From: Candidatus Hydrogenedentota bacterium
Lineage (GTDB): Bacteria; Hydrogenedentota; Hydrogenedentia; Hydrogenedentales; SLHB01
Reading direction: 5' to 3'
Assembly (NCBI GenBank): GCA_963668025.2
Contig: CAXXTH010000023.1
Location: 224,001 to 288,000 of the forward strand
Length of the DNA stretch: 64,000 nt
A model generated the notes under the pieces. That model ran no database searches. It saw only the letters and a list, made by a program, of their open reading frames with translations, and was not told where the DNA came from. The translations under genes and the position numbers were made by a program. Shown piece by piece: positions 9,898-19,460 of this stretch (position 1 is the stretch's first letter; every line of letters starts with the position of its first letter).

Positions 9898-12800
9898 TCG
9901 GACTGATCGGACCGATCTGACAGATCGGGCAGATCGGGCCGATCTGCGAAGACAACAGCTCCAGCATAATCACCGTTTGGTATCCGGATTCCACTGCCGC
10001 ATCCATGATGCGCTCCACGCATTGCTGGCGTGAAGCCAATAAGGCGCTCCGCTGTTTCCCGGTAAGCTCGGAATCGCTCAGAATAGACAGGGCCGCCGTG
10101 AACAGAAGCCAGCCCATGGCCCGTTCAAGCTGCTCTTTATTCAAATAAGTGATTCCTTGATATTCGTTTACGCGTAGAAATTCCCGCACAATCGGATCAT
10201 CAAGCATCTCCTCGACGAGCAGCGCGGGCTCCGTTTCAAAGAGCGCCAATAGTCCTTTTGTGTGGGAGGTGAGCAGCATCATAAGCCGCGTGTCGTCCCG
10301 GGCGCGCCATTCATCAATCCCCAAAGCGGAAAAGGACTTTATGATGGGGTCTGTAAGCAGCCATTCATCGAGCCAGTGGCCACGGCTTCCTGCTCCGGAA
10401 TGGACGGCCAGCACTTCTTCGAGATGATGCACCATGGTCCAAATGATGGGAATACGCCAGAATAGCAGGCCATCTTCCCGTTGTTCCGGCATATGCGCGA
10501 AAACCACATCCGCCTCGGCTTTACGAGGCGCCGTAGCCTCCAAGCGTTTCTCAAACTGGAGCAGCGCCGCCATCTCTTCCATCGCCGCTCCCAGGATCTT
10601 CTCTTTCTCCACCGTAACGCCCACTTCAGCTTCCGTGATGTCTAGATACAAGCCCAGCACTTTGCCGAAACGGCGGCATGCGGCGTCCGCTTTCGTTTTA
10701 TCGCCCATGGCGGAAACCAATTGGCGCAGCATCTCCACCCCGGCCACATTGGAAAAGGCGTCGAGCATGGGCGCGACAAGAATCTCTTTGTAGAAGCGGC
10801 GGATGTTGGGAACGCCGCCACCGCCCAGGCGCGCGGCCACCTCCGCCCACACGTGGGCCGTGTCGATCACTTCCTCGAAATCCATCATCACATGGTACTG
10901 GTAGCCCCGCAATTCGAGGTAAAGCCCATCTTCGGCGAGGCTCCGCCCCGACCGGATATATTCGAGGTTCTCGTGGTGGTCGCGGAAAATATAGAACACT
11001 CCCGGCTCCGTGCGCAGGCCCAGAGATTGGACCAAGGTGCGATGGACAAGGTCTTTTACCTCCACGGAGCCTTGGTTGAAGGCCGTCGAGGTATGCAAGC
11101 GCCCGCGCGTGGAGTTATACGAATTATTGTAGATGACAATGCTCCGCTCGCCGCCTGCGCGGTTGCTATAGGCGAATACGTTCTCGTCCACATACGCGTC
11201 CGGGTGAATAAAGTCATAAAAGGCGAATTGTTCAACACCGCTGAACAAATAGCGGCGGCGCATGAGCGGAAACACCTCACGCTCGTGGCGGCGGACCATC
11301 TCGTCATTCACGGTTTCGTCCCAATACGCCCGGCGGTATTCCATGCCATATTTTTCGGTGAAGCCTTCGATCTGGCCGTGGCCGAACATGGGCAGGCCCG
11401 GCATGGTCGCCATCATCATCGCTACGCCGAAATATTTATCGCCGTTTCCAAACTGCTCGACGGCAGTCATTTCATCCGGATTGTTCATGAAGTTCACGAA
11501 CCGCTTAAGCACCTCGGGGCTGAATTCGAGGACATTCTTCACGGTCATGCGGTACTTGAGATTCTCCTCCATTTTAAGCATGTTCATGAAAGCGCTGTTA
11601 TAGACCCGGTGCATGCCCAAGGTCCGTACGAAATACCCTTCCATGAGCCAGAAGGCCTCGGCGAGCAGCAGCGTATCGGGAACTTCCTCTTGCACGCGGT
11701 CCACCACTTGCCGCCAGAATTCCTCAGGGAAAACCGCGTCAAAGGCTTCCTTCGTCATACTGCATTGCGAACGGGAAGGAATAGCCCCGCCTTCTCCGGG
11801 CAGAGGAAACCATAGGCGTTGAAAATGCTTTTTCGCCAGCGTCATGGCGGCGTCAAACCGGATAATGGGCGATAGCCGCGCCACATGCAGAATGGTCTGA
11901 ATGACCGCCTCACGCACCTCGGGAATGAGGTAATTGAGTTGCGCGGTGTCATTCCAGGGCATGTTCGTGCCGTCGTTGCCGTGATATATATAGCGCGTGT
12001 CGCCAGTCCAGTGGTCCACCCGCTTGAAAACTACCGCGGCATCGCTGTGGCTCCAGTAACCATCCTCGATATACAGGCCCACGCGGTCATCGGGGCACAG
12101 ATCAGGGCCATTAAATTGATAACTCGGGAACGGAGGATAACTGGTTTGGACGAACCAGTCCGGATGCTCGATGACCCATTTCGAGTGTATGCCCACATGG
12201 TTCGGCACCATGTCGCTGGCCAGGCGTATGCCTCGCTGCCATGCCCGGGCCTTGAGATTTAGGTAAGCCTCTTCGCCGCCCAGCTCCCATGCAATGGTGT
12301 AATCATATAGCGAATACGCCGAGGCCGCCGCTTCTGGATTGCCCATGCGCTTTTTGATGTCTTCCGAGGCGCTCGAACGCTCCCATAAACCGATAAGCCA
12401 CAGTCCAGTGAAACCATATCGCGCAAGGCGGTCCAATTCCGCATCTGGAATCTCATCCAGCCGCGCAATGGGCCGCTGGTATTGCTTGGACAACTGGTGC
12501 AGCCAGACATAGGCGATTTTCGCGATCAGCACCACCCGCGACATCCAGTCCGCATCGGGCGTGAAACGTTCCGGTTCTGGATATCCATAAAAACCGCCTA
12601 ATCCTTTTCCAAAGCCCATTACTTCGAGCAGCGGAGGGCCGAAACCGCGCATCTGGGTTTCTTCGCGCAACGCATCACGCACGGCCAATAACCGCTGGAG
12701 CAGCCATGGCGGCAGCAGCGCCGCCCAATGCTCACGGATATATTCGAGCTGCCCTTCGAGGGATTCAGGCGCGGCTGCGATGGGCGCGCGCAGGCAATCC

Positions 12801-13489
12801 GGCAGCGCTTGCTCGATAGGATAGATAGCTGGCTGTTCCCGGAAAATCCCATCCATGCGGTCCGTAAACATACGGTAGGCGCTTTGCGCTTCGAGAGGCT
12901 CATCATTGAAGAGCTCCCGGAACGGGCGGAGCGCTGGATTCTCCGTGGCCACACGGAGCAGGGACGCCTCCCGGGCGGCAGCCTCTACATGCGGCGCGCC
13001 ATCCGTCTCACCCGCAAGAAAGGCGTCCGCTACTTCAGCGCCTTGGCGCACCTCGGGGGGCGGGTAAAGCGCCACAAACGCCTCGATCTGGCGCGCCGCT
13101 TGTTCCTGGCCAAACCGGGCGCGAATTTGCGCCAGCGTTTGGCCTAGCGCTCCTTTATTCTGTTCACGGCAATACAAGTTGAATACATAACGTAAAATCT
13201 CATGCAACAAGGCAAACGCCTGCAAATGGCCTGGCCGGGCTGGATACTTTGCGGCTTCCTCCGGCGGCTTCGCTTTTTGCAGCCGGTATGCGAGCTGGCG
13301 CATCAGCGGTATCCGCGCATGTTCATCCAGCGCGGCGGCGTCCGCGGCCAAGTCATCCAGGCCAATCCGGCTCCATGCCTCCTGGGAAACGGGGAAACCC
13401 AGTGGGCAATACGGCCGGCTCGACGCCTTAGGCTGGTCCATTATATTCTCCGCATCTGGCCGCGCACCCTGTTCATCCACGTGCATCAC
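9884..13489 (-). CDS. Large GH13 alpha-amylase family protein
   Basis: DMVPNH, RFDAAM (nucleophile), AEAFW (acid/base), NNPD; long N- and C-terminal extensions. Confidence 0.88.
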   Translation of the reverse strand: MMHVDEQGARPDAENIMDQPKASSRPYCPLGFPVSQEAWSRIGLDDLAADAAALDEHARIPLMRQLAYRLQKAKPPEEAAKYPARPGHLQAFALLHEILRYVFNLYCREQNKGALGQTLAQIRARFGQEQAARQIEAFVALYPPPEVRQGAEVADAFLAGETDGAPHVEAAAREASLLRVATENPALRPFRELFNDEPLEAQSAYRMFTDRMDGIFREQPAIYPIEQALPDCLRAPIAAAPESLEGQLEYIREHWAALLPPWLLQRLLAVRDALREETQMRGFGPPLLEVMGFGKGLGGFYGYPEPERFTPDADWMSRVVLIAKIAYVWLHQLSKQYQRPIARLDEIPDAELDRLARYGFTGLWLIGLWERSSASEDIKKRMGNPEAAASAYSLYDYTIAWELGGEEAYLNLKARAWQRGIRLASDMVPNHVGIHSKWVIEHPDWFVQTSYPPFPSYQFNGPDLCPDDRVGLYIEDGYWSHSDAAVVFKRVDHWTGDTRYIYHGNDGTNMPWNDTAQLNYLIPEVREAVIQTILHVARLSPIIRFDAAMTLAKKHFQRLWFPLPGEGGAIPSRSQCSMTKEAFDAVFPEEFWRQVVDRVQEEVPDTLLLAEAFWLMEGYFVRTLGMHRVYNSAFMNMLKMEENLKYRMTVKNVLEFSPEVLKRFVNFMNNPDEMTAVEQFGNGDKYFGVAMMMATMPGLPMFGHGQIEGFTEKYGMEYRRAYWDETVNDEMVRRHEREVFPLMRRRYLFSGVEQFAFYDFIHPDAYVDENVFAYSNRAGGERSIVIYNNSYNSTRGRLHTSTAFNQGSVEVKDLVHRTLVQSLGLRTEPGVFYIFRDHHENLEYIRSGRSLAEDGLYLELRGYQYHVMMDFEEVIDTAHVWAEVAARLGGGGVPNIRRFYKEILVAPMLDAFSNVAGVEMLRQLVSAMGDKTKADAACRRFGKVLGLYLDITEAEVGVTVEKEKILGAAMEEMAALLQFEKRLEATAPRKAEADVVFAHMPEQREDGLLFWRIPIIWTMVHHLEEVLAVHSGAGSRGHWLDEWLLTDPIIKSFSALGIDEWRARDDTRLMMLLTSHTKGLLALFETEPALLVEEMLDDPIVREFLRVNEYQGITYLNKEQLERAMGWLLFTAALSILSDSELTGKQRSALLASRQQCVERIMDAAVESGYQTVIMLELLSSQIGPICPICQIGPISPISQS
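9892..9945. repeat. Six tandem degenerate 9-bp GATC-containing units
   Basis: gactgatcg gactgatcg gaccgatct gacagatcg ggcagatcg ggccgatct. Confidence 0.85.
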
Positions 13490-13639
13490 ACCTCATATCT
13501 CTTCCAGCATCGAAGCATTCCTGCGGAAGATGTTTCATCCGGTAAAAAAACTAAAACGTAAGGATACACCATTGCCGGGCAGCAACGCCAAAGAATGCCA
13601 AGCCCTTATGTAACCTGTGATTTTATGTCAATTGAAAAC

Positions 13640-13668
13640 TTGACTTCAGGCTGGGAATTACGTATGCT
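13640..13668 (+). promoter_or_regulatory. Sigma70 promoter of the tRNA pair
   Basis: TTGACT-17 bp-TATGCT, 11 bp upstream of tRNA-Phe. Confidence 0.75.
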
Positions 13669-13679
13669 ATTTCCCGCGT

Positions 13680-13755
13680 GCCGAGGTAGCTCAGTTGGTA
13701 GAGCACTGGACTGAAAATCCGGGTGTCGGCAGTTCGAGTCTGCCCCTTGGCACCA
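13680..13755 (+). tRNA. tRNA-Phe(GAA)
   Basis: 76-nt cloverleaf, anticodon arm ctgga-ctGAAaa-tccgg, GTTCGAG T-loop, encoded CCA. Confidence 0.97.
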
Positions 13756-13767
13756 TTTTTTTTGTTT

Positions 13768-13843
13768 GCTGGATTAGCTCAGTCGGTAGAGCGCGTCACT
13801 CGTAATGACGAGGTCCGGGGTTCGATTCCCCGATCCAGCTCCA
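13768..13843 (+). tRNA. tRNA-Thr(CGT)
   Basis: 76-nt cloverleaf, anticodon arm cgtca-ctCGTaa-tgacg, GTTCGAT T-loop, encoded CCA. Confidence 0.97.
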
Positions 13844-13997
13844 CACCACAGGATTGCCCGTCCGCTCTCGAATCAAAGACGATGGCGGGTTCAGTTGCAT
13901 AAGGCCAAACGGCCGCGCCTGATACAGCCATATGCGGGTTGTGGCTCCTAATCGGCCGCAATTTCTTTCGCATACATGATTAGGTTGGTATAAAAAG

Positions 13998-14570
13998 ATG
14001 AAACAATCATTCAGTACGTCTGAAGTCGCGGCTTATTGCCATGTCACGGCGGACACCATCCGGAAGTGGGCTGAAGCAGGCCGTATCCGTGTTTTCAAGA
14101 CTCCCGGCGGGCACCGGCGCATCCGGCGAGAAGATCTCATCCGTTTTCTCCGCGAGAATAATATCCCGATCCACGGCGATCTCAAGGAAGATGGCGTCAA
14201 GATTTTGATCGCGGACAGCGATATGGCGGCCCTTTCGAGTATACAGCGTTTTCTGGATCGCTCCAGCGGCGGCTTTATCGTCGAGACTGCGAGTGACGCC
14301 TTCGAAACAGGGCATCGGATGGCGCTATTCGAGCCCGATGTGTTGTTCCTCGACCTAAATCTCCCCGGCGTGGAAGGCATCGATTTATGTCGGCGAATGA
14401 AAAGCGATTTCGAACACCCGGGCACGCAGATCATCATTGTCGGCGCGGATGATGGTTCCGAGTTCTTAAGCCGCGGCCCCGAACCGGCTGTGGCTGCTTT
14501 CATGCGCAAACCCTTTACGCCAGATGACTTACGGCGCTGTCTCGCCCAATTGGGCATTGAAATCAGCTAA
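13998..14570 (+). CDS. Excisionase-type HTH + receiver domain regulator
   Basis: STSEVA..CHVTADTIRKW...KTPGGHRRI HTH; C-terminal REC (LFLDLNLPG, KPF). Confidence 0.85.
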   Translation: MKQSFSTSEVAAYCHVTADTIRKWAEAGRIRVFKTPGGHRRIRREDLIRFLRENNIPIHGDLKEDGVKILIADSDMAALSSIQRFLDRSSGGFIVETASDAFETGHRMALFEPDVLFLDLNLPGVEGIDLCRRMKSDFEHPGTQIIIVGADDGSEFLSRGPEPAVAAFMRKPFTPDDLRRCLAQLGIEIS

Positions 14571-14702
14571 TCCGGGCCTCTTTTTGCCCGCCCCGCCATT
14601 TTTTGCGAAATAGGTGCAACCATTTCGCTTTTCTGGGCATCCATATACGGGAAGATCATGAGTGACTCGAGCGGCGTTTTGGGGCTGCTAGAAAGGGGTT
14701 TC

Positions 14703-15158
14703 ATGAGACATATGCACACACGTGTATGGATGAGCGCGGCGATGGCGCTGCTGGTGATATGTTTGGCGGGATGCCCATTGCCCGGCAGCCTGGAAGAGCT
14801 TTACGGGTACAACACTATCGTGCTGCGTAATGAAGGCAGCCGCCCCCTGCTCGCGTTTTACATTATCGATTCGGATGAACCTGGCCGGGGCGTCAATTAT
14901 CTCTCCCAGTATACTGAGGGCCTTACCCCGACGAATTATCTGTCCATAAGCAATTTTGAGCACGGAAGCTACCGGCTCGAAATTGAATATGAACTGACGC
15001 CCGAGGAACAAGGCTCGGAAGAAGCTGAAACGCTTCTGGTGGTGGAAAAACTCGCCATTAATTTAACCTACGGACAGTCCTATACTTGGTATTGGTATCG
15101 CCCCAGCGATGCGGTTCTTGCGGCGAATCAATATGTAGATGACGACGATGATGAATAA
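14703..15158 (+). CDS. Hypothetical lipoprotein
   Basis: Hydrophobic leader ending in LAGC lipobox; acidic tail. Confidence 0.65.
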   Translation: MRHMHTRVWMSAAMALLVICLAGCPLPGSLEELYGYNTIVLRNEGSRPLLAFYIIDSDEPGRGVNYLSQYTEGLTPTNYLSISNFEHGSYRLEIEYELTPEEQGSEEAETLLVVEKLAINLTYGQSYTWYWYRPSDAVLAANQYVDDDDDE

Positions 15159-15286
15159 TCCACGCCACATACGCATATAAAGCTTCCCTATAGAAATATT
15201 GCACCATATGCTGTAAACCATCTCAGAAGGGCATATAATACCGCCTTCTCCTGTTTCTATTGTGATTATCGGAGGAAGAAGGCGTT

Positions 15287-17203
15287 ATGGCACAAGAAGC
15301 AGCCGTACAAAACCGTCTGAACGCGAACGGCGAGGTGCTGGTAAGGCGCCGGGGGTGGGGACGCCGACTTTTCGCTTTTCTTGGCCCTGCTTATCTCGTC
15401 AGCGTGGGTTATATGGACCCCGGCAACTGGGCAACGGACATCGAAGGCGGAGCGCGTTTCGGCTACACCCTGATCTGGGTGTTGCTGATGTCCAACCTCA
15501 TGGCCGTGCTCCTGCAAACCCTTTCGGCGCGCTTCGGCATCGTGACAGGGCTCGATTTGGCGCAGGGCTGCCGCAGGGAGTACCCTAAACCGCTGGCGTT
15601 GTTCCTCTGGGTGCTCGCGGAAGTGGCCATCGCCGCCACGGATCTCGCTGAGGCGCTCGGCACTATCATCGGCCTAAACCTGCTCTTCGGCCTTCCGCTA
15701 TTGTGGGGATGCGCCATAACAGCCTTCGACACTTTTCTGCTCCTTGCCATGCAGCGGTTCGGCGTGCGCAAGATCGAGGCTATGATTCTTGTGATGGTGG
15801 CCACTATTGGCGGGTGTTTCCTCATCGAGGTGTTCCTGGCGAAGCCCGATTGGGGCGGTATCGCGGGCGGATTCGTGCCGAAGCTGGACCCCTCCGCCGT
15901 GTATATCGTCATCGGCATCATCGGCGCCACCGTGATGCCCCATAACCTCTATCTGCACTCCTCCCTCGTACAGTCGCGCGCCGTATCGAACACGGTGACC
16001 GGGAAATCCGAAGCCTGCCGCTTCAATTTCCTCGATTCAGCCGTGGCGCTCAATGCCGCCTTTTTCGTGAATGCGGCCATCTACATCATGGCCGCCGCCA
16101 ATTTTCATAGCCGGGGCATTCAGGTCACCGAAATTCAGCAAGCCCACGAATTGCTGCAGAATCTCTTGGGCCACACCATCGCGCCCATCGCTTTCGCGGT
16201 GGCCTTGATCGCGGCGGGGCAAAGCTCGACCATCACAGGCACCATCTCCGGCCAAGTGGTCATGGAGGGATTCCTGAACATGCGCATGCGGCCCTGGCTG
16301 CGGCGCGTCATTACGCGCATGATCGCGCTCGCACCCGCCGTCGTGGTCATTGCACTTGCGGGCGACAAAGGCACCTACCAATTGCTCATTCTCTCGCAAG
16401 TGGTGCTGAGCCTCCAGCTCCCCTTCGCGACGATTCCCCTGATCCACTTCACTTCCGACAAAACGAAAATGGGATCGTTCGTGAATCCGTTATGGGTGAA
16501 AGTCCTCGCGTGGCTCACGACGATCATCATTGTAGTGCTGAATTTGAAGCTTGTTTATGACGAATTGGGCGGCTGGCTGGGCGGCGGCCCGTGGTGGTTG
16601 TGGCTCATCGCGGCGCCTCTTTTGGTGCTGGTGCTGTGCGTGCTGGCCTATATCACTTTTGCCCCCTTGTTCCGGCGCGGCGACGCCGCATGGGAAAGCG
16701 GCATGGTGACGGCAAGCCGTTCGGTAGCGGAACGGATCAAGCCCATATCCATCAAGATGATTGGCGTGGCGATCGAGCATACCGAGGGCGACGCGGAAAT
16801 TGTGTCGGCGGCCGTGAGCATGGCCCGCACCCACAAGGCGCGCCTGACGCTTCTGCATATCGTCGAGACGCCGGGAACCATGGTGTATGGCCCAGAAAGC
16901 GCCAGTTTACATGGGCAGGAGGATAAGGCCTACATCGAAGAGCTGGCCAGGGAAATCGAAGAACGGGATCTGCCCGTTGAAGTGGAGCTGCGATACGGCA
17001 AACCTGTCGAACAAATCGTTCTCGCTACACGGGAAGGAGGCTTTGACATGCTCATTCTGGGCTCTCATGGCCATCGTGGCCTAGGCGACTTGGTCTATGG
17101 CGCCACGGTCGATAGCGTGCGTCATGCCGTCGACGTCCCCGTCATGGTCATCCGCACACACGGTATCGAACGCGCCCAGCGCAACACCCTTGATTCCGCT
17201 TGA
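15287..17203 (+). CDS. mntH: Nramp divalent metal (Mn2+) transporter fused to universal stress protein domain
   Basis: GYMDPGNW and MPHNLYLHS Nramp motifs; C-terminal USP (ILGSHGHRG..LVYGAT). Confidence 0.92.
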   Translation: MAQEAAVQNRLNANGEVLVRRRGWGRRLFAFLGPAYLVSVGYMDPGNWATDIEGGARFGYTLIWVLLMSNLMAVLLQTLSARFGIVTGLDLAQGCRREYPKPLALFLWVLAEVAIAATDLAEALGTIIGLNLLFGLPLLWGCAITAFDTFLLLAMQRFGVRKIEAMILVMVATIGGCFLIEVFLAKPDWGGIAGGFVPKLDPSAVYIVIGIIGATVMPHNLYLHSSLVQSRAVSNTVTGKSEACRFNFLDSAVALNAAFFVNAAIYIMAAANFHSRGIQVTEIQQAHELLQNLLGHTIAPIAFAVALIAAGQSSTITGTISGQVVMEGFLNMRMRPWLRRVITRMIALAPAVVVIALAGDKGTYQLLILSQVVLSLQLPFATIPLIHFTSDKTKMGSFVNPLWVKVLAWLTTIIIVVLNLKLVYDELGGWLGGGPWWLWLIAAPLLVLVLCVLAYITFAPLFRRGDAAWESGMVTASRSVAERIKPISIKMIGVAIEHTEGDAEIVSAAVSMARTHKARLTLLHIVETPGTMVYGPESASLHGQEDKAYIEELAREIEERDLPVEVELRYGKPVEQIVLATREGGFDMLILGSHGHRGLGDLVYGATVDSVRHAVDVPVMVIRTHGIERAQRNTLDSA

Positions 17204-17523
17204 AGCAGTTGCTGTGGGGTGTTCGAGGCCTATGTATCAATTCACTCAATCCCAAATCATCGAATAGGCCCAGCCACGTACGCATACACACTACGGCGGC
17301 CGCCCTGGTAAAATTCGTCACTGTCGCGTCCGTTTCGCCAAGCTTTACTGAAACCGTTTCTTGCCATATTATTGGATTCACCTCGTTGGTGAGTTGCAAA
17401 TTTGGTTTGCACTCCATTTGTACCCAATGGAAACAATAAGATTCCGCCAGCGAGTTTTTTATCCCCTGGCCCAGTGGCCCAGGAGTGGTTTGGCCCAGTG
17501 GGGTGTGCGTCCCAATTGTGCTT

Positions 17524-18837
17524 TCATGCGGCATCTTTCCTAGCTCTGTCGGCCCAGAAGTCTTCGAAGTCTCTGTTCAAGAAGGCGCATCGTAGCGTAA
17601 TGATCTTGTTTGCACCGTTGACCGTCCATCTCATTCCGGACTGCTTGAGCCGTTTTCCTACAACATTTTTGCAGCCGGCCTCTATGACGCCGGAGCCGAC
17701 GAACAGTTTTTGTTCCCGGAATTCGGCATAGCGCATCATGTGGGCGCGGCTGCCCAGATACAGAAAATGTTCCCAGGCCGCCTTGCCGTCATCGTCGTGG
17801 CTGGGCATGTGTGGCCGCAGTAGCTCCAGGGCCTGCGCGGCCTCTCCCTGCCGCACGAGTTCGCTGAGGCTTTGGCGCATCCGCATCCCCAGCTCAGTGG
17901 TCTTCCCAAAGAGCAGCGCGCACAACAGCGCCAGGTGTTCCAGTGCGTGATACAGGTCGAGGATGTGAACGGCCCCGGGGAAGTAGTCGGCGGCGATGTT
18001 CGCTATCCATTGCGCGCCGTCGGAAAGGACCACCACCTTTTGCGCGCGTTCCAGTCCACGGCGCTGGGCTTCGGCGAAGATGCGGCCTGCAAAGGCTTCG
18101 GCGTTTTCCACGGCGCCGGAAAAGGTGGTGCTGCCGGGGTCGCGCACCGGCTCCCCCTTCTCGTCCGTGCTGGTTTGTGTGAAGACGCATCCGATTTTGG
18201 CCTCACGGGTTTTGGCGGATCCGTCTTGCGCCTTTCCCTTGCGCCCGTCCGTTTCGGACTTGACGACGGGAACCCCCGTGCCGTCCATTTCGATGTACAG
18301 GACGGGAATCTCATCGCCGGTGCTGGGCTGCGCGGGGTTTGACGGATGCCCGCGCCGCTGCTTTTCCCACGCGGCCACGTCCGCTCCCGTCTGCTCGCTG
18401 GACCGCTCGCAGTCCTTGGCGCTCACGCTGATGCCCGCCAGTTCTTTTAGATCCCCGGCGGCGTCCGCGAAGCTTTCCCGCGCGCCAAGGCGCGCCGTCA
18501 TTCGCCTGACGCCGGGCGAACGCGAAGTGCCCGCGACATCCAGCAGTTCGTCCGCTGGATAGGCGGTGGCCCCGCATGGGCAGCGGTACATCGCGCGCTC
18601 CTGCGTGACGTTCCCCAGAATGGTCGTGATGCGCCTGGCCCGCATGCCCGCGCGGCGCATGGGATGGCCGCACAGCGGGCACGCATGCTCCTGGCCCTGG
18701 ACAATGGCGTTTGCCTTGTCGAACAGGACGGCCAGCGTCTTTCCCGCGCCTTCCAGGGCGGCGGTGCGGATGAGTTTCTCCGTTGCTTCAAAGTCCACGC
18801 CGCGGTCCCGGCGGACTAGCGCCAGCGCCCGCGACAT
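17524..18837 (-). CDS. ISKra4-family transposase (OrfB)
   Basis: CPLCG and CPCG Zn motifs, EMDGTG, SDGAQWI, LDLYHA, GSGVIEAGCK..RLKQSGMRW. Confidence 0.9.
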   Translation of the reverse strand: MSRALALVRRDRGVDFEATEKLIRTAALEGAGKTLAVLFDKANAIVQGQEHACPLCGHPMRRAGMRARRITTILGNVTQERAMYRCPCGATAYPADELLDVAGTSRSPGVRRMTARLGARESFADAAGDLKELAGISVSAKDCERSSEQTGADVAAWEKQRRGHPSNPAQPSTGDEIPVLYIEMDGTGVPVVKSETDGRKGKAQDGSAKTREAKIGCVFTQTSTDEKGEPVRDPGSTTFSGAVENAEAFAGRIFAEAQRRGLERAQKVVVLSDGAQWIANIAADYFPGAVHILDLYHALEHLALLCALLFGKTTELGMRMRQSLSELVRQGEAAQALELLRPHMPSHDDDGKAAWEHFLYLGSRAHMMRYAEFREQKLFVGSGVIEAGCKNVVGKRLKQSGMRWTVNGANKIITLRCAFLNRDFEDFWADRARKDAA

Positions 18838-18860
18838 TTCCGCGGACCTTTCCAGTTCGA

Positions 18861-19223
18861 CTAGAGCCCTTTTTTTTGCCGCTCGTGGGCGGCCTCCTTG
18901 TCGCGCTCAAGCTCTCCGAGCTGTTGTGTCAGCTCGCAAAAGCGTTCGGCGAGTTCGTGAATACGCTTGCTGTTGTCCGTCTGTTCACGGGCGCGCCGCA
19001 CGTCCTCGGGACTTCGCAGCCGCTGCCGCCGGGGCTTTCCCTGCTCGTACCACTGCAGGGAGTAATAAGGTCCCCGTTCCACGGCCTCCGGCATGTCCTT
19101 GCGTGTGCCCTTGACCATTTGCTCCGACACGCCGCCCGGGTGGGCGCTTCGAATGGCGCGCATCTGCCCCAAAATACATTCCCGTTGCGCTTCAATCGTC
19201 TCAATGTTCATGGCGGCCTCCAT
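18861..19223 (-). CDS. IS accessory OrfA (upstream of transposase, ends at an A8 slippery run)
   Basis: About 115-120 aa, GPYY.LQW motif, inside the IS ends; true start may be 19211. Confidence 0.75.
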   Translation of the reverse strand: MEAAMNIETIEAQRECILGQMRAIRSAHPGGVSEQMVKGTRKDMPEAVERGPYYSLQWYEQGKPRRQRLRSPEDVRRAREQTDNSKRIHELAERFCELTQQLGELERDKEAAHERQKKGL

Positions 19224-19314
19224 TTGTGTCTATACAGACACAAAATTATACCGCAAAAAACATCTGGACGCAACGAAACACAATCATGGCGCACACCCGG
19301 CCCAGTGGTTTGAT

Positions 19315-19344
19315 TTGACTTGTCTTGCAGGCATGCGCTAACAT
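19315..19344 (+). promoter_or_regulatory. Probable rpsD promoter
   Basis: TTGACT-18 bp-TAACAT upstream of rpsD. Confidence 0.5.
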
Positions 19345-19460
19345 TCAGTGCTTGTTGGCCGCAAGCCTATTTATCAGCCTCTCATAATTGTCCTTGCAAG
19401 AACAGAAATATAAGTTGGCTCCGGGGTATATGCCCCCATAGGAAGGAAAGAATCAAGCGC

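Larger units (their letters stand above)
17501..19298 (-). mobile_element. Complete ISKra4-family insertion sequence
   Basis: Imperfect 20-bp terminal IRs gggtgtgcgtcccaattgtg (17501-17520) / cacaatcatggcgcacaccc (19279-19298); 9-bp direct target repeat ggcccagtg at 17492-17500 and 19299-19307. Confidence 0.9.

Noticed and set aside
13998-14570. Excisionase-like gene next to tRNAs as a sign of a prophage/ICE
   Set aside because: It is an HTH-receiver fusion regulator; no integrase, att duplication of the tRNA 3' ends or phage genes are visible.
17148-17534. Small minus-strand ORF between mntH and the IS
   Set aside because: No recognisable motif; it starts inside the IS end and overlaps mntH, so it cannot be supported as a gene.
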